Assembly: GCA_964389325.1 (NCBI GenBank)
Contig: CAYMEN010000006.1
Coordinates: forward strand, 84,357-148,356
Origin: an uncultured bacterium
GTDB lineage: Bacteria; Muiribacteriota; Ozemobacteria; Ozemobacterales; Ozemobacteraceae
Direction: 5' to 3'
DNA length: 64,000 nucleotides
Numbering within the stretch: position 1 is the stretch's first letter; every line of letters begins with the position of its first letter. The translations under genes and the position numbers were made by a program. The notes under the pieces were generated by a model, which was not told the origin of the DNA, ran no database searches, and was given only the letters and a program-made list of their open reading frames with translations. Of this stretch, positions 48,007-57,633 are shown one piece after another.

Positions 48007-51000
48007 CTAGTTCTGGATTCGAACGATAGAAAATGCTATACTTCCGTTTCCGGGATCGGAAACCCTGATCGTCGTGAACTGGTCGGCGTATCCGGCCGGC
48101 GGGAGATACTCGATGAACCGCCAGGCCGTGCCGTAGACGTTTCCGCTGAACCCGCTTCCGAAATTCTTCTGCGCCTTTTTCAGCCCGTCGAGAGCGACGT
48201 CCATGTGGTAATCCGCCGCCATGCCGGTCAGGCCTTTGTTGTTGCGGTACATCGCCGCGCCCCACTCCCGCAGGAGTTGGTCGAACGACGTTCCACTGGA
48301 ATGAGCCTCGATGTTCGCCGTGCCGCTTGACGTAGAATGGATCATGGCGCGAATCGCGGCGCCGCCGAGGCGTTCGTAGAGATGATGAGTGAACAGGCCC
48401 ACGCAGCCGTAGTTCGCGACCGTGGCACCGTTCGGCCAGACCGTCAGCGGGAGGCGTTCGGGGGTTTCCGCATAGGGTTCGAAGCGGGGATCCGGGGCAT
48501 TCGCGTACCGCACTTCGGCCCCGACGCTCAGGCCCTCGTTCAGCCAGACGGCTTCCTCACCAACGTTGTTCTGGATATGGGCCCAGGTGTTGACCAGGTG
48601 CTGAAACTCGTGCACCAGGGTCTGCGTCGTCGCTTCCTTCCACCAGTCGACGGTGTAGCCGGCACCGGACTTGAAAACCCACATGTTGAACATGTCGCGG
48701 GCGTTCGAATCGGGGTCGGCCGGCATCAGATCGGTCGGGTCGAAAAACCCGGCCGCGCCGAACACGTTCACGAGCGGCGTGAACAGGATCGTCACCCGGC
48801 CATCGCCCGTCAGGTTCGAGGGAGAGCCGTAGTTGTCGTTGATGAACGACCAGATCCGCGTGTCGAACTCGTTCGCGAACTCGGTCATCATTGCGTCAGT
48901 CACGTCGGCGGGGGAATAGCCGCCGGCCTCGTTCTGGTCGATGAACACCTTGCACCGGGAGCCGATCACGGCCAGCCTGGCCGATCGCGTCTGGTATCCC
49001 GACGCCGAATACACTTTGAAGGTGTGGATATCCCCGACGGTCGCCTCGTTGGCGCGGATGGAAGGCCTGACGCCCGTTGTTCCGGAACGGCGATGCGGGC
49101 TCTCGACCGCTTTGCGGCGCATCACGGCGTCGATCGCGGTCTGGCCCGTCGGAACGCCGGACTGGATGACGGAGAAGGACGGCACCGCAGAAACGGATGG
49201 AAGGATCGCCCCTCCCCCGTTGACGTCGAAGGAATGACTCGCGCCGGCCCGATCGAGCGAGTAGACCAGCACGCCGAATGTTCCCAGGCCGGACGGCGTC
49301 GTCAGCGCGATCTCGCGGCCGCCGCCGGCGAGCCCGACATGCTGCACGTCCCCGACGTCGAGCCGGACGGTTTCCATCACGCGGATCTGAACCGTCGCCG
49401 TGGCGGCGCTTCCCCGGTCGTCTCGGGCTTCGCATGCGAGGATGTAGGTCTGCGAACCGGCGCCGGGAACCCAGGACGTCCGGGCTGAAGAGGCGTCTGC
49501 AAACGATCCGCCGGTCGCCGTCCAGCGATAGGTCAACGCATCGCCGTCGGCGTCGTACCCCGTGGCCAGGATCGAGACGTTGACGCCTTCAGCCGTCACC
49601 ACCCGTGAGGCGGAAACCGAGACCGCCGGGGCATTGCTCGGGCTCGACGAGATGCTGTAGACGCTCGTGGCGCTCGCCATGCCGCCGCGGCCATCATTCG
49701 CGAGGCACGTGATCGTGGCGACGCCCGCCGATGAGGGAACTCGCCAGAGAACGGACGGCCCGCTCGTCGCCGACAGTGTGCCGCCGCTCGTCGACCAGGC
49801 ATAGGAAAGCGGATCGCCGTCGACGTCGCGTCCCTGAGCCGTCAGGGTCACTCCCGTGTTCGGCAGAAAACTCGTTCCGGTGGCCGAAATAGCCACGGTC
49901 GGAGCCGAGTTCGGCGCAAGAACGGTGATTGCGAGCGTCGCCGTCGCCGAGGCCCCGCGGGAATCGCCGGCCGTCAGGGTGATCGTCGCGGCGCCGGACG
50001 TCGAAGGCGACGTCCAGACGGTGGTCGTGCCGGTCGAAACCTGGAGGGTTCCGCGGTCCGCCCGCCAGACGCAGTTCACGGCATCGCCGTCGGGATCGCT
50101 GACCTGGGCCGTGAGCCGGACGCCCGTCGCATACTCGACGCGCGTGCCCGAGGCGAGAATCGAAACCGCGGGCGCCCGGTTGGTGCCGCCCACGCCGACG
50201 GTCACGCCGAGAACGGCATGAGAACGGCCCCCGCGGCCATCGGCGACTTCGACCGAAACGGATGCCGTCGTATCGAAGTCCGGAGCCCTCCAGCGGGCGG
50301 TCGTCTGCGTCGTTCCGGAGGAAACGTACGTTCCCGCGGTGCCTCCCCAGAGGTATGAGAGCGTGTCGCCGTCGGGATCGGATGCGGTCGCGGTCAGCGA
50401 AAGTTCGCCGTTTCGCGCGATCCGGACGGAGCTTGCGGCGGCGAGGCGGACGAGAGGCGGCCTGTTGACGCTTCCCGTCGTCTGCAAGCCGATCGCGATT
50501 TCTTCCTGGGAATTGGCCTCGAAAATGACCGGAATCGTGACCGGGTCTTTTCCGGGGGCTGCGGCCAGGATGTCGAGCGAGGTTTCAGCCGGCATCTGCA
50601 CTGTTACGCGGCCCTGGGAATCGACGGTCTGGGTCTCTCCCCAGAAAGTGACGGTGCCGCCGGTCATCGGGTTTCCTTCCGAATCACGCACGATCATCGT
50701 GACGGCGCGGTCTGCCCGCTTGATTCCGAGATCGAGCTGGCGTTCGCGCTGCTGGTCGTTCAAGGCAATGCCTTCGGAACGCGATCTGAATATCCCTCTC
50801 GATGTATCATCATGCCGCACGACCAGGTGATACGTGGTTCCGACCGGCAGGTTGTCGATCGTGAACCGGCCGTCCGGTGACGAAACGGTGCGCCGGTCGG
50901 GCAACTCCTCGATCCAGACGGAGGCTCCGGAAAGCGGCTGGCCCGTGGGAGCGGCCGCCGCGACTCTGCCGGAGGCGATCAGGCCGTTGTCGAGAACGCG

Positions 51001-51132
51001 TCCCGACACGACGCCGGTCGAGCCGGTGAGCGTCTGGCCGTACGGATCGTCTCCAACGCCGCCACCGCATCCGAAGGCAAGCAGGACCGCTCCGAGCGAT
51101 ACGACGAGGGCAACCAGCCTGGATTGTCGCAT
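48007..51132 (-). CDS. Giant secreted lipoprotein: CarboxypepD_reg-like N-terminal domains, about five PKD/Ig-like repeats and a C-terminal gluzincin-like HExxH metallopeptidase-like domain.
   Basis: Lipobox signal LLAFGCGGG. The repeats carry SDPDGD(T/A)L(S/T)Y.W motifs. The C-terminal domain has HEFQHLVN followed by NEG about 20 aa later, an HExxH...E arrangement. Confidence 0.75.
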   Translation of the reverse strand: MRQSRLVALVVSLGAVLLAFGCGGGVGDDPYGQTLTGSTGVVSGRVLDNGLIASGRVAAAAPTGQPLSGASVWIEELPDRRTVSSPDGRFTIDNLPVGTTYHLVVRHDDTSRGIFRSRSEGIALNDQQRERQLDLGIKRADRAVTMIVRDSEGNPMTGGTVTFWGETQTVDSQGRVTVQMPAETSLDILAAAPGKDPVTIPVIFEANSQEEIAIGLQTTGSVNRPPLVRLAAASSVRIARNGELSLTATASDPDGDTLSYLWGGTAGTYVSSGTTQTTARWRAPDFDTTASVSVEVADGRGGRSHAVLGVTVGVGGTNRAPAVSILASGTRVEYATGVRLTAQVSDPDGDAVNCVWRADRGTLQVSTGTTTVWTSPSTSGAATITLTAGDSRGASATATLAITVLAPNSAPTVAISATGTSFLPNTGVTLTAQGRDVDGDPLSYAWSTSGGTLSATSGPSVLWRVPSSAGVATITCLANDGRGGMASATSVYSISSSPSNAPAVSVSASRVVTAEGVNVSILATGYDADGDALTYRWTATGGSFADASSARTSWVPGAGSQTYILACEARDDRGSAATATVQIRVMETVRLDVGDVQHVGLAGGGREIALTTPSGLGTFGVLVYSLDRAGASHSFDVNGGGAILPSVSAVPSFSVIQSGVPTGQTAIDAVMRRKAVESPHRRSGTTGVRPSIRANEATVGDIHTFKVYSASGYQTRSARLAVIGSRCKVFIDQNEAGGYSPADVTDAMMTEFANEFDTRIWSFINDNYGSPSNLTGDGRVTILFTPLVNVFGAAGFFDPTDLMPADPDSNARDMFNMWVFKSGAGYTVDWWKEATTQTLVHEFQHLVNTWAHIQNNVGEEAVWLNEGLSVGAEVRYANAPDPRFEPYAETPERLPLTVWPNGATVANYGCVGLFTHHLYERLGGAAIRAMIHSTSSGTANIEAHSSGTSFDQLLREWGAAMYRNNKGLTGMAADYHMDVALDGLKKAQKNFGSGFSGNVYGTAWRFIEYLPPAGYADQFTTIRVSDPGNGSIAFSIVRIQN

Positions 51133-51136
51133 GTGC

Positions 51137-52582
51137 TCAGTCTCCGTCCGCTTCCGGCCTCTTGGCCCCGAAAATGCCCGTTTTCAGGACGTCGAGGGCG
51201 TTCCGCTCGGTCGCGGGGAGAGCGGCCAGCGCCTTGTCGAGCGAGGGGCCGCGCTGTTTTTCGAGGAACAGGCGCATGATCTCGAAGAACGCATCCGTGC
51301 GAGCCGTATCAGAAAGCCGCTTCCTGGCGTCGAGGAGCTTCCCGACATCCTCGGGCCGCGCGATTTCAAGAATATAATGAGCTATATCTTTCACGTCTTC
51401 GGCGGATTGTGCTCCGAGCGCTTCGAGAAGCCGCTCGAGACCCTCGTCGCGATGCTGGAGGAGAGACGCGAGGCCCAGGGCGTGCAGACCGACGAAACGG
51501 GTCGGGCTGGCGGTGAGTTTCTCCAGTTCAGCGCGGTTTTTCTGGGAAAACAGCGCGTAGAGGGCGTTGATGCGGATCTCATACGTCTCGTTTTCGCGGG
51601 AGGCGATGCCGGCAAGAATCTCGCCGGTCCTGTCGGCGGGACAACCACCGAGCGACGAAACCGCCATGAGGCGCACTTCCGGAGCCGGGTCGGCCAGCAT
51701 CCGCTCGAGGTGTTCCGGCGCGCCGGCATCGGCGATCTTCGCCATCGACTCGACGGCCATCTGGCGAACCCATTTGTCCGGGTGGGACAGCCCCTCCTGG
51801 ATCATCGCCAAAAACGGCAGGTTGAACTCGGCGAGATCGACGACCTTGAGGATCAGGCCGGCGAAGTCGTCGCCCAGGCCGAGAATGGCGTTCAGCACTT
51901 CTTTTGCCAGTTCGGGAGACCTGTTCTGCCACTCGATGCGGAACTGCGTGTGCAGGGTCGGCGAGGCCGGGTTCATCAGGAGCCGCAGCATGCTGTCGCC
52001 GCCGAGAACCCGGAGGGCGAACAGAGCCGTTTCCGTGAAATGGAAACCAGCATATTGATCAATATATTTCAACGCCCGACTGACACCCTTCAGAATGAGC
52101 GGAATACAGGCGGGATCCTTTCCCATGGCGAGAACTTCGACGGCCTTTCCCTGGCGCACCAGGTCTCCTTCATCCCTGAGCATCGCCTCCGCCGCGGCGA
52201 GAGGGGCCGGCATCTCGACGCGCCTGCGCACGCCGGACCGGTTGGCAACGTCGGCAAACGCCGAAACGAGGTGCGGATGGCATGAGGCGTCGCTGAGTTC
52301 GACGGCGCGCAGGATTCTCGGGAGAATCTTTCTGCCCCGCCCCGGATGGAAAAACAGAAAATCTTCGATCTTCATCGAGACGTGCTTCTGGCGCTCGGCC
52401 GGCAGCGCCGGCAGCTGCTGCAGGAGAACCGCCACCGAGAACCCCTTCAAGTCGATGATGTCGCAGACGGCATCGTCGAGCTTCGCCATGGGCACGCGCC
52501 CCAGCCGGCGCACCCGGCTTCGGATGCGGCGCAGATCATATTTCAGCGGAACGGATTCATCGGACACGCGGTGATTCGACAT
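51137..52582 (-). CDS. HEAT-repeat protein.
   Basis: Multiple PBS-lyase-like HEAT repeats (DKWVRQMAVESMAKI, APEVRLMAVSSLG, ETYEIRINALYAL). It lies 4 nt upstream of the PKD protease gene. Confidence 0.7.
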   Translation of the reverse strand: MSNHRVSDESVPLKYDLRRIRSRVRRLGRVPMAKLDDAVCDIIDLKGFSVAVLLQQLPALPAERQKHVSMKIEDFLFFHPGRGRKILPRILRAVELSDASCHPHLVSAFADVANRSGVRRRVEMPAPLAAAEAMLRDEGDLVRQGKAVEVLAMGKDPACIPLILKGVSRALKYIDQYAGFHFTETALFALRVLGGDSMLRLLMNPASPTLHTQFRIEWQNRSPELAKEVLNAILGLGDDFAGLILKVVDLAEFNLPFLAMIQEGLSHPDKWVRQMAVESMAKIADAGAPEHLERMLADPAPEVRLMAVSSLGGCPADRTGEILAGIASRENETYEIRINALYALFSQKNRAELEKLTASPTRFVGLHALGLASLLQHRDEGLERLLEALGAQSAEDVKDIAHYILEIARPEDVGKLLDARKRLSDTARTDAFFEIMRLFLEKQRGPSLDKALAALPATERNALDVLKTGIFGAKRPEADGD

Positions 52583-52621
52583 GGTTGGGACATCTCCTTC
52601 GGACAGCCGGGGCCGCCCGGG

Positions 52622-54508
52622 TCACAATGCGGCGAGCAGGGCCGAGACGCGCTGTTTGTCGAGCTGGTCGGCAACGGATATCTCGAGCATCCGCTTTGTT
52701 TCGGCCTTCAGCCGTTCGCGCTGGGTGTAATTGAGGGCGCGGCATACCGTCAGGCCGGCAAGCACCGCGTACAGGGCGTCGCTTTCCATGGCCCGCTGCC
52801 AGCACATCCAGAATTTCGGGACCTTGTTGCGGGCGAGGTTCGCCATCGCGGCGGCGGCGAGCGCTTCGGCGTTTTCCGGGTCGTCGGCCAGCGCGGCCTC
52901 GAAATGATGCACGGCTTCGTTGAACTCGCCGGAATACAGGCAGACTTTCCCGTTGAGGATGTGCTCTTCGAGAAAGTTCGGCCGGATCTCTCCAATGCGC
53001 TGCAGGAGCGTCTTCACCTCGGCGGCCTTGCCGGCGGCCATGGCGAGTTCGACGAGGGTGACCAGCTCGACCAGGCTCTCGATGCCGTCCTGGAAGGCTT
53101 CCCAGACCGGCGACGCGTCCATCGGCCGGCCGCGCAGGATGCAGAGCCGCGAGAACCAGACCGCCGACTCCTCGTCGCGGGGTGTCAGGGTCAGCAGCTT
53201 CTTGAACACCCGGTCGGCCTCGTCGTAGGCGTTGAGGCGGACGCCGAGATACCCGCGCAGGAACAGGCAGTGCGTGTTGTCGGGGTTCTCGGAAAGCGGC
53301 TTTTCGAGCATCTGCCAGGCGGCCTTGAAGTCGCGCTCCAGCAGGTCGAGCTCGACGAGCGCGAGCGCCAGGTCGACCGACATCGGCTGGTCGCGCAGCG
53401 AGTCCTGGAGGAACCGGCGGGCGTCGGCCACGCGGCCGCCCATCGCGACCGACTTCGCAAGGTTGATGCGCGCCCGCACGTCGCGGGGCATGACGTGATA
53501 TATCTCATTATATATATCAGCGGCGGTATTGAACCGGCGGGCCTGGAACAGCAGGTTCGCCATCTCGCCGGCCACGAACATGTCGGCGGGGTCTTTCCGG
53601 CGCAGTTTCGCGAACGCCTCGAGAGCGTCCTCGACGCTGATCTTTCCGTCGTAGAGACCGTCGAGAATATCATAGACGTCGGTTTCGAACAGGCTGCTTT
53701 TCGCCTCGATCTCTTCGGCCTCGAGCCGCTTGCGCAGGGCGGGAAGCTTGCGCATCAACTCCTCGAGTTTGGCGCGCAGGTCGGGCTGCTGCGGATCGTT
53801 TTCCAGGGCGCGTTTGAGGTGATCGACGGCGTTCTCGACCTCGTTCTGGCCGATCAGCAGATCGACCATCAGCAGGTGCAGCGAGGGGTTCCGCGGATCG
53901 AGCATCAGGGCTCGCTTGAGCGAGGTGATCGCCTTGTCCTTCATGTCGAGGACGATCTGGCACCGCACCAGGCCCTCGAGCGCGGCCGACGAGTCGACGG
54001 CGGCGCTGACGGCTTTCCGGTACACGTCGAGAGCCTCGGGGAACCGCTTCTGCTCGTACAGCATCCGGCCAAGGTCGAGCAGGGTGCCCGCGTCGCCGAC
54101 CAGGTGCTCGAGCATGCCCAGCATCAGCGACGCAGCCTCTTCCTTCCGGCCGAGCAGCAGCAGAGACTGGATGAGCGAGCGGCGGACGGCGAGATCTTCC
54201 GGCATGACGGCCATGGCGCGCTCGAAGACCGTCAGCGCCTTCGCAGCCTCTTCCTTGTAAAGATACGCTTTCCCGAGGTTGAATAAGGCCAGTGCATTGT
54301 TCGGATGGTCGTCGAGCACCTTCGTCAGCAGCTGGGCCGATTTTTCGGGCATCCCCTTCTGCAAGTAGGCGGCGCCGAGGTTGATCAGCACGTCGACGTT
54401 TCCCGGCTCGAGGTCGAGGGCACGGCTGTATTCCGAGATGGCATGGTCGATCAGGCCGCGCTCCTGGTATTCAACGCCTTTCTGGAACAGTTCGGCAGAG
54501 GTTTCCAT
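52622..54508 (-). CDS. TPR-repeat protein, about 16 TPRs.
   Basis: Canonical repeats of the W-LG-Y-A-F-A-P pattern (AISEYSRALDLEPGNVDVLINLGAAYLQKGMPEKS and so on along the whole protein). Confidence 0.85.
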   Translation of the reverse strand: METSAELFQKGVEYQERGLIDHAISEYSRALDLEPGNVDVLINLGAAYLQKGMPEKSAQLLTKVLDDHPNNALALFNLGKAYLYKEEAAKALTVFERAMAVMPEDLAVRRSLIQSLLLLGRKEEAASLMLGMLEHLVGDAGTLLDLGRMLYEQKRFPEALDVYRKAVSAAVDSSAALEGLVRCQIVLDMKDKAITSLKRALMLDPRNPSLHLLMVDLLIGQNEVENAVDHLKRALENDPQQPDLRAKLEELMRKLPALRKRLEAEEIEAKSSLFETDVYDILDGLYDGKISVEDALEAFAKLRRKDPADMFVAGEMANLLFQARRFNTAADIYNEIYHVMPRDVRARINLAKSVAMGGRVADARRFLQDSLRDQPMSVDLALALVELDLLERDFKAAWQMLEKPLSENPDNTHCLFLRGYLGVRLNAYDEADRVFKKLLTLTPRDEESAVWFSRLCILRGRPMDASPVWEAFQDGIESLVELVTLVELAMAAGKAAEVKTLLQRIGEIRPNFLEEHILNGKVCLYSGEFNEAVHHFEAALADDPENAEALAAAAMANLARNKVPKFWMCWQRAMESDALYAVLAGLTVCRALNYTQRERLKAETKRMLEISVADQLDKQRVSALLAAL

Positions 54509-54510
54509 GG

Positions 54511-56157
54511 TCAGAATTCATCCTCCCGGCCGCCACTCTGCCTGCCACCCCCGCCCGCCTGCGGCGACGACGGCGCCGGCCCGCGGTTCTTGCGCTTCAC
54601 TTCCTTGAATTTCTCGAGGTTTTCGATCATGGCGTTGTAGTTTTCGACCTCCTGCGGCGCGCATTCGCGGAACCGCGAATAGGATTCGTAATAGCGGAAG
54701 AAGATGCGGGCATTGATCGCCCCCATCTTGTTTTTCGCGATCAGCAGCTCGCTGATCGGGATCATGAAATTGTCCTTGCCCCACTCCCATTCGAGGAAAG
54801 GCGTCTCGAAATCGTTGAGGTAGTCGCAGTACAGGAACATCACGACATACGGGTCGTACAGCAGGCCCATGATCTCCTCGAGGTCTTCGCGCACGGGCCG
54901 GCGGTTGCTGATGGCCTTCGGAAGGCCGGCCGTGGCGATGAGCGTCACGCCCTCGACGGCGGAGATCGTCTTCAGTTCGGCCGAGAGCAGGTTGCACCTC
55001 TCGTTGAAGTTCAGCCGGTCGTTCTTGATGTGGATCTTGAAGATCGGGTCGATGATCACGGCCACGTCGCCGCCGCGTTCGAGCTTCGTGCGCTTGACCA
55101 GCTTGCGCACGTCGTCGAGGAAGATGCGGCCGTTTCCCTCGTCGATGATGAGAAGCCGCTCCCGCATCTCCGCGACCTTCGCGAGACCGTCCTGGCGGCG
55201 CTGCTCGAAGGCGACGTTGGCCAGATACGGGTTCTTCACGTAATCGATCGGCACGTCGGAGGCGTGCGCCACGAGTTTGGCCGTGACGTCGAGCCGGTTG
55301 AGGTCGAGGCTGAAAAACAGCACGGTCACTTCGGGGTTGTTCGCGGCCAGGTCCCAGGCGAGCTGGGTGACGAAGGTCGATTTGCCCATGCCGACGCCAC
55401 CCGTGACGAGGTAGAACTGTTTCTGGATGCCGTTCAGGCGTTCCTGCAGAATCGGGAACTCGGTTTCGTAGCCGATATACCCCTTGCGGCGCTGCCGATG
55501 CTCCTGCACCAGTTCGCGCATCTCGTCGATGTGGGCGTCCATGTTGCGGATATACCCGGCGCTGCCCTGCAAAAACAGCGTGCGCAGCTCCTGGATGCAG
55601 CCGCCGAGAACTTCGTAGGCGTCGTCAGACGAGCGGGCGATCTTTTCGGCATACATGACCATCAGGCGGCGAGCCTGGGTGCGCACGTTGCGGTCGCGGA
55701 TGCGGTCGACGACGGGCTCGATATCTTCGATCATCGCGACACCCGGAGCACCAAAGGGGGCCGTGAACAGCCGTTGCACGCGCTCGCGGCCGATCCACTC
55801 GATGAGCGGTTTGCCGGCTTTGCGCTCGTTTTCCAGGCGCAGCGTGACGTTCGCGGCATTCAACGCCTCTTCCGCCTCGATCGTGTCGAGGAAAACGCCG
55901 AGCAGCGCCCGGTTCACCTCGACGCCCTGAAAATCTGAAACGGTGAGCCGCTTGTCGCGAAGCTGTTTTCCGATGATGGTCGGATCGAACGCGAGGTTGG
56001 CGAGAATGATCTCTTCATCGACGGCCATCTCGCGAAGCATCTGGTCGAGAACCGTCAGATGCTCGCCGACGGCAGGCGGCAGCGAGACGGCCCCACCGGT
56101 TTCCTGCTCGGGAACGGGTTTCGTCTGCTCGGTCGCGCGTCGACGGCTTTTTGTCAC
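54511..56157 (-). CDS. DnaB-family helicase paralog: a DnaB-like N-terminal helical domain plus a RecA-like DnaB C-terminal ATPase domain. It is probably not the replicative helicase.
   Basis: Walker A YLVTGGVGMGKSTFVTQLAWDLA, then FFSLDLN, IIDPIF and DLEEIMGLLYDPYVVMFLYCD match the DnaB C-domain pattern (GKT...FSLEM...IDYLQL...SG.IEQDAD.IMFIYRDE). It sits in an operon with TPR, HEAT and protease genes; the stop is 2 nt from the TPR start. Confidence 0.75.
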   Translation of the reverse strand: MTKSRRRATEQTKPVPEQETGGAVSLPPAVGEHLTVLDQMLREMAVDEEIILANLAFDPTIIGKQLRDKRLTVSDFQGVEVNRALLGVFLDTIEAEEALNAANVTLRLENERKAGKPLIEWIGRERVQRLFTAPFGAPGVAMIEDIEPVVDRIRDRNVRTQARRLMVMYAEKIARSSDDAYEVLGGCIQELRTLFLQGSAGYIRNMDAHIDEMRELVQEHRQRRKGYIGYETEFPILQERLNGIQKQFYLVTGGVGMGKSTFVTQLAWDLAANNPEVTVLFFSLDLNRLDVTAKLVAHASDVPIDYVKNPYLANVAFEQRRQDGLAKVAEMRERLLIIDEGNGRIFLDDVRKLVKRTKLERGGDVAVIIDPIFKIHIKNDRLNFNERCNLLSAELKTISAVEGVTLIATAGLPKAISNRRPVREDLEEIMGLLYDPYVVMFLYCDYLNDFETPFLEWEWGKDNFMIPISELLIAKNKMGAINARIFFRYYESYSRFRECAPQEVENYNAMIENLEKFKEVKRKNRGPAPSSPQAGGGGRQSGGREDEF

Positions 56158-56335
56158 GCATGCCTCCGGAGAGAATAGATCAGAAAGAGTGGGGATATCC
56201 TACCATCCCTCCGGAGAATCCGCAACAGACGGCCTCCCATCAGACCAGCATCAGACGCGGAATCTCTCCCCGGAAAGGCGGGCTCTCCCGATATATGTTC
56301 CGCGCAGGTTTTCCACGCGTGCGGCGCAGGGAGCT

Positions 56336-56350
56336 TTGGTATAATACGGC
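56336..56350 (+). promoter_or_regulatory. Extended -10 promoter element (TTTGGTATAATAC) for the RR-HDOD operon.
   Basis: TGgTATAAT is a consensus -10 with a TG extension. It lies 85-95 nt upstream of the ATG at 56434. A 21-codon uORF at 56372-56437 ends in ATGA overlap with the main start. Confidence 0.3.
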
Positions 56351-56433
56351 CGGAACCGGAGAACACGAACGATGAAAAATCAGCTGAAAAAGATCTCTGA
56401 CAAAGCGCAGACCGTCATCGCCGGGAGTCATCG

Positions 56434-57633
56434 ATGAGACAGGCCAAACCATCGGTTCTTTTCGTCGACAGCAACCAGACCGTTCTGGACGGCATGAGAC
56501 GTCTGGTCCTCGACCGGCGCCTCGACTGGCTTACGTATTACGTGAAGACTCCTCGCGAAGCTCTCGAGTCGATCGTGAACTTCCCCCCCGACGTCATCAT
56601 TGCCGATCTGTTCCTGCCGCCGGTATACGGCGAAACGCTGCTCGAGATCGCCCGAAGGGCCCATCCCGAAATCATCCGGATGGTTCTCTCGGCCGAAACC
56701 GACAGGGAGTCCGAGCAGTTTCTCCGGTCGACCCAGTCCGCCCAGCAGTTTCTCACCAAACCCTGCAGAATCGAGGAGCTGGAGACCGCGGTACAGCGAG
56801 CGCTCAACCTGAGGCATCTTCTCCGTCAGCCGCGCCTGGTCAGGATCATCGGCGGCATTCCGAACCTGCCGAGCCTGCCACCCCTTTACAACGAGCTTGC
56901 CCGCGAACTCGAGTCCGACACGGCCTCCCTCGACCGGATCGGGGACATCATCTCGAAAGACCTCTCGATGACGGCCCGGCTCCTGCATCTGGTGAACTCG
57001 GCCCTGTTCGGGCTTCCGCGACGGATCACGAGTCCGAAGGAAGCGGCGGGACTGCTCGGGATCAACATGATAAAGTCTCTCGTATTATACGTTAAACTTT
57101 TTTATGCCGCGCCGGAATCGCCCATTCCCGGCCTTTCGCTCGATGACATCTGGGCCCACAGTTCGCTGGCATCGGTCCTCTCGCGTGAAATCGTCCGGGC
57201 CGAGCGGGGAACGCAGCACATGATGGAGGAGGCCATGCTCGCGGGCATGATGCATGATTTCGGGAAGCTGTTGATCATGGATGCAGACAGTTACATACGC
57301 CCGATTCTCCGCCGGTTTCGCGAGGGCGAGGAGTTCACGAAGGCGGAGTATGCGGAATACGCCACGTCCCACGCCGAAATCGGCGCGTATCTCCTCGGCC
57401 TGTGGGGCTTTCCCGATGCGGTCGTGGAAGCCGTCGCCTGTCATCACCGCCCTTCGCAACTGCACCAGAGCGAGTTTTCGCTGGTCACGGCGGTGCATGT
57501 GGCGAACGCGATTCTCGAGAACGCAGCCCAACCGGCGCTCGACGAGGAGCATCTTGCAGACATCGGCATGACATCGCACGTTCCGGACTGGATCGCTCTC
57601 TGCAATCGACACATCGGGAAGGCACGCGGATGA
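56434..57633 (+). CDS. Response regulator with a receiver domain and an HDOD output domain.
   Basis: Receiver VLFVDSNQTV...DVIIADLFLP...KP. HDOD regions are ARLLHLVNSALFGLPRRITSPKEAAGLLG and MHDFGKLLI...HAEIGAYLLGLWGFPDAVVEAVACHHRP. Confidence 0.8.
   Translation: MRQAKPSVLFVDSNQTVLDGMRRLVLDRRLDWLTYYVKTPREALESIVNFPPDVIIADLFLPPVYGETLLEIARRAHPEIIRMVLSAETDRESEQFLRSTQSAQQFLTKPCRIEELETAVQRALNLRHLLRQPRLVRIIGGIPNLPSLPPLYNELARELESDTASLDRIGDIISKDLSMTARLLHLVNSALFGLPRRITSPKEAAGLLGINMIKSLVLYVKLFYAAPESPIPGLSLDDIWAHSSLASVLSREIVRAERGTQHMMEEAMLAGMMHDFGKLLIMDADSYIRPILRRFREGEEFTKAEYAEYATSHAEIGAYLLGLWGFPDAVVEAVACHHRPSQLHQSEFSLVTAVHVANAILENAAQPALDEEHLADIGMTSHVPDWIALCNRHIGKARG

Noticed and set aside
48337-49488. 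383-aa plus-strand ORF and other long plus-strand ORFs inside the PKD-protease gene
   Set aside because: Shadow frames of the 1041-aa minus-strand gene with Arg/Gly-rich translations.
52346-54286. 646-aa plus-strand ORF opposite the TPR gene
   Set aside because: Antisense to a gene with unmistakable TPR periodicity. The translation is low-complexity.
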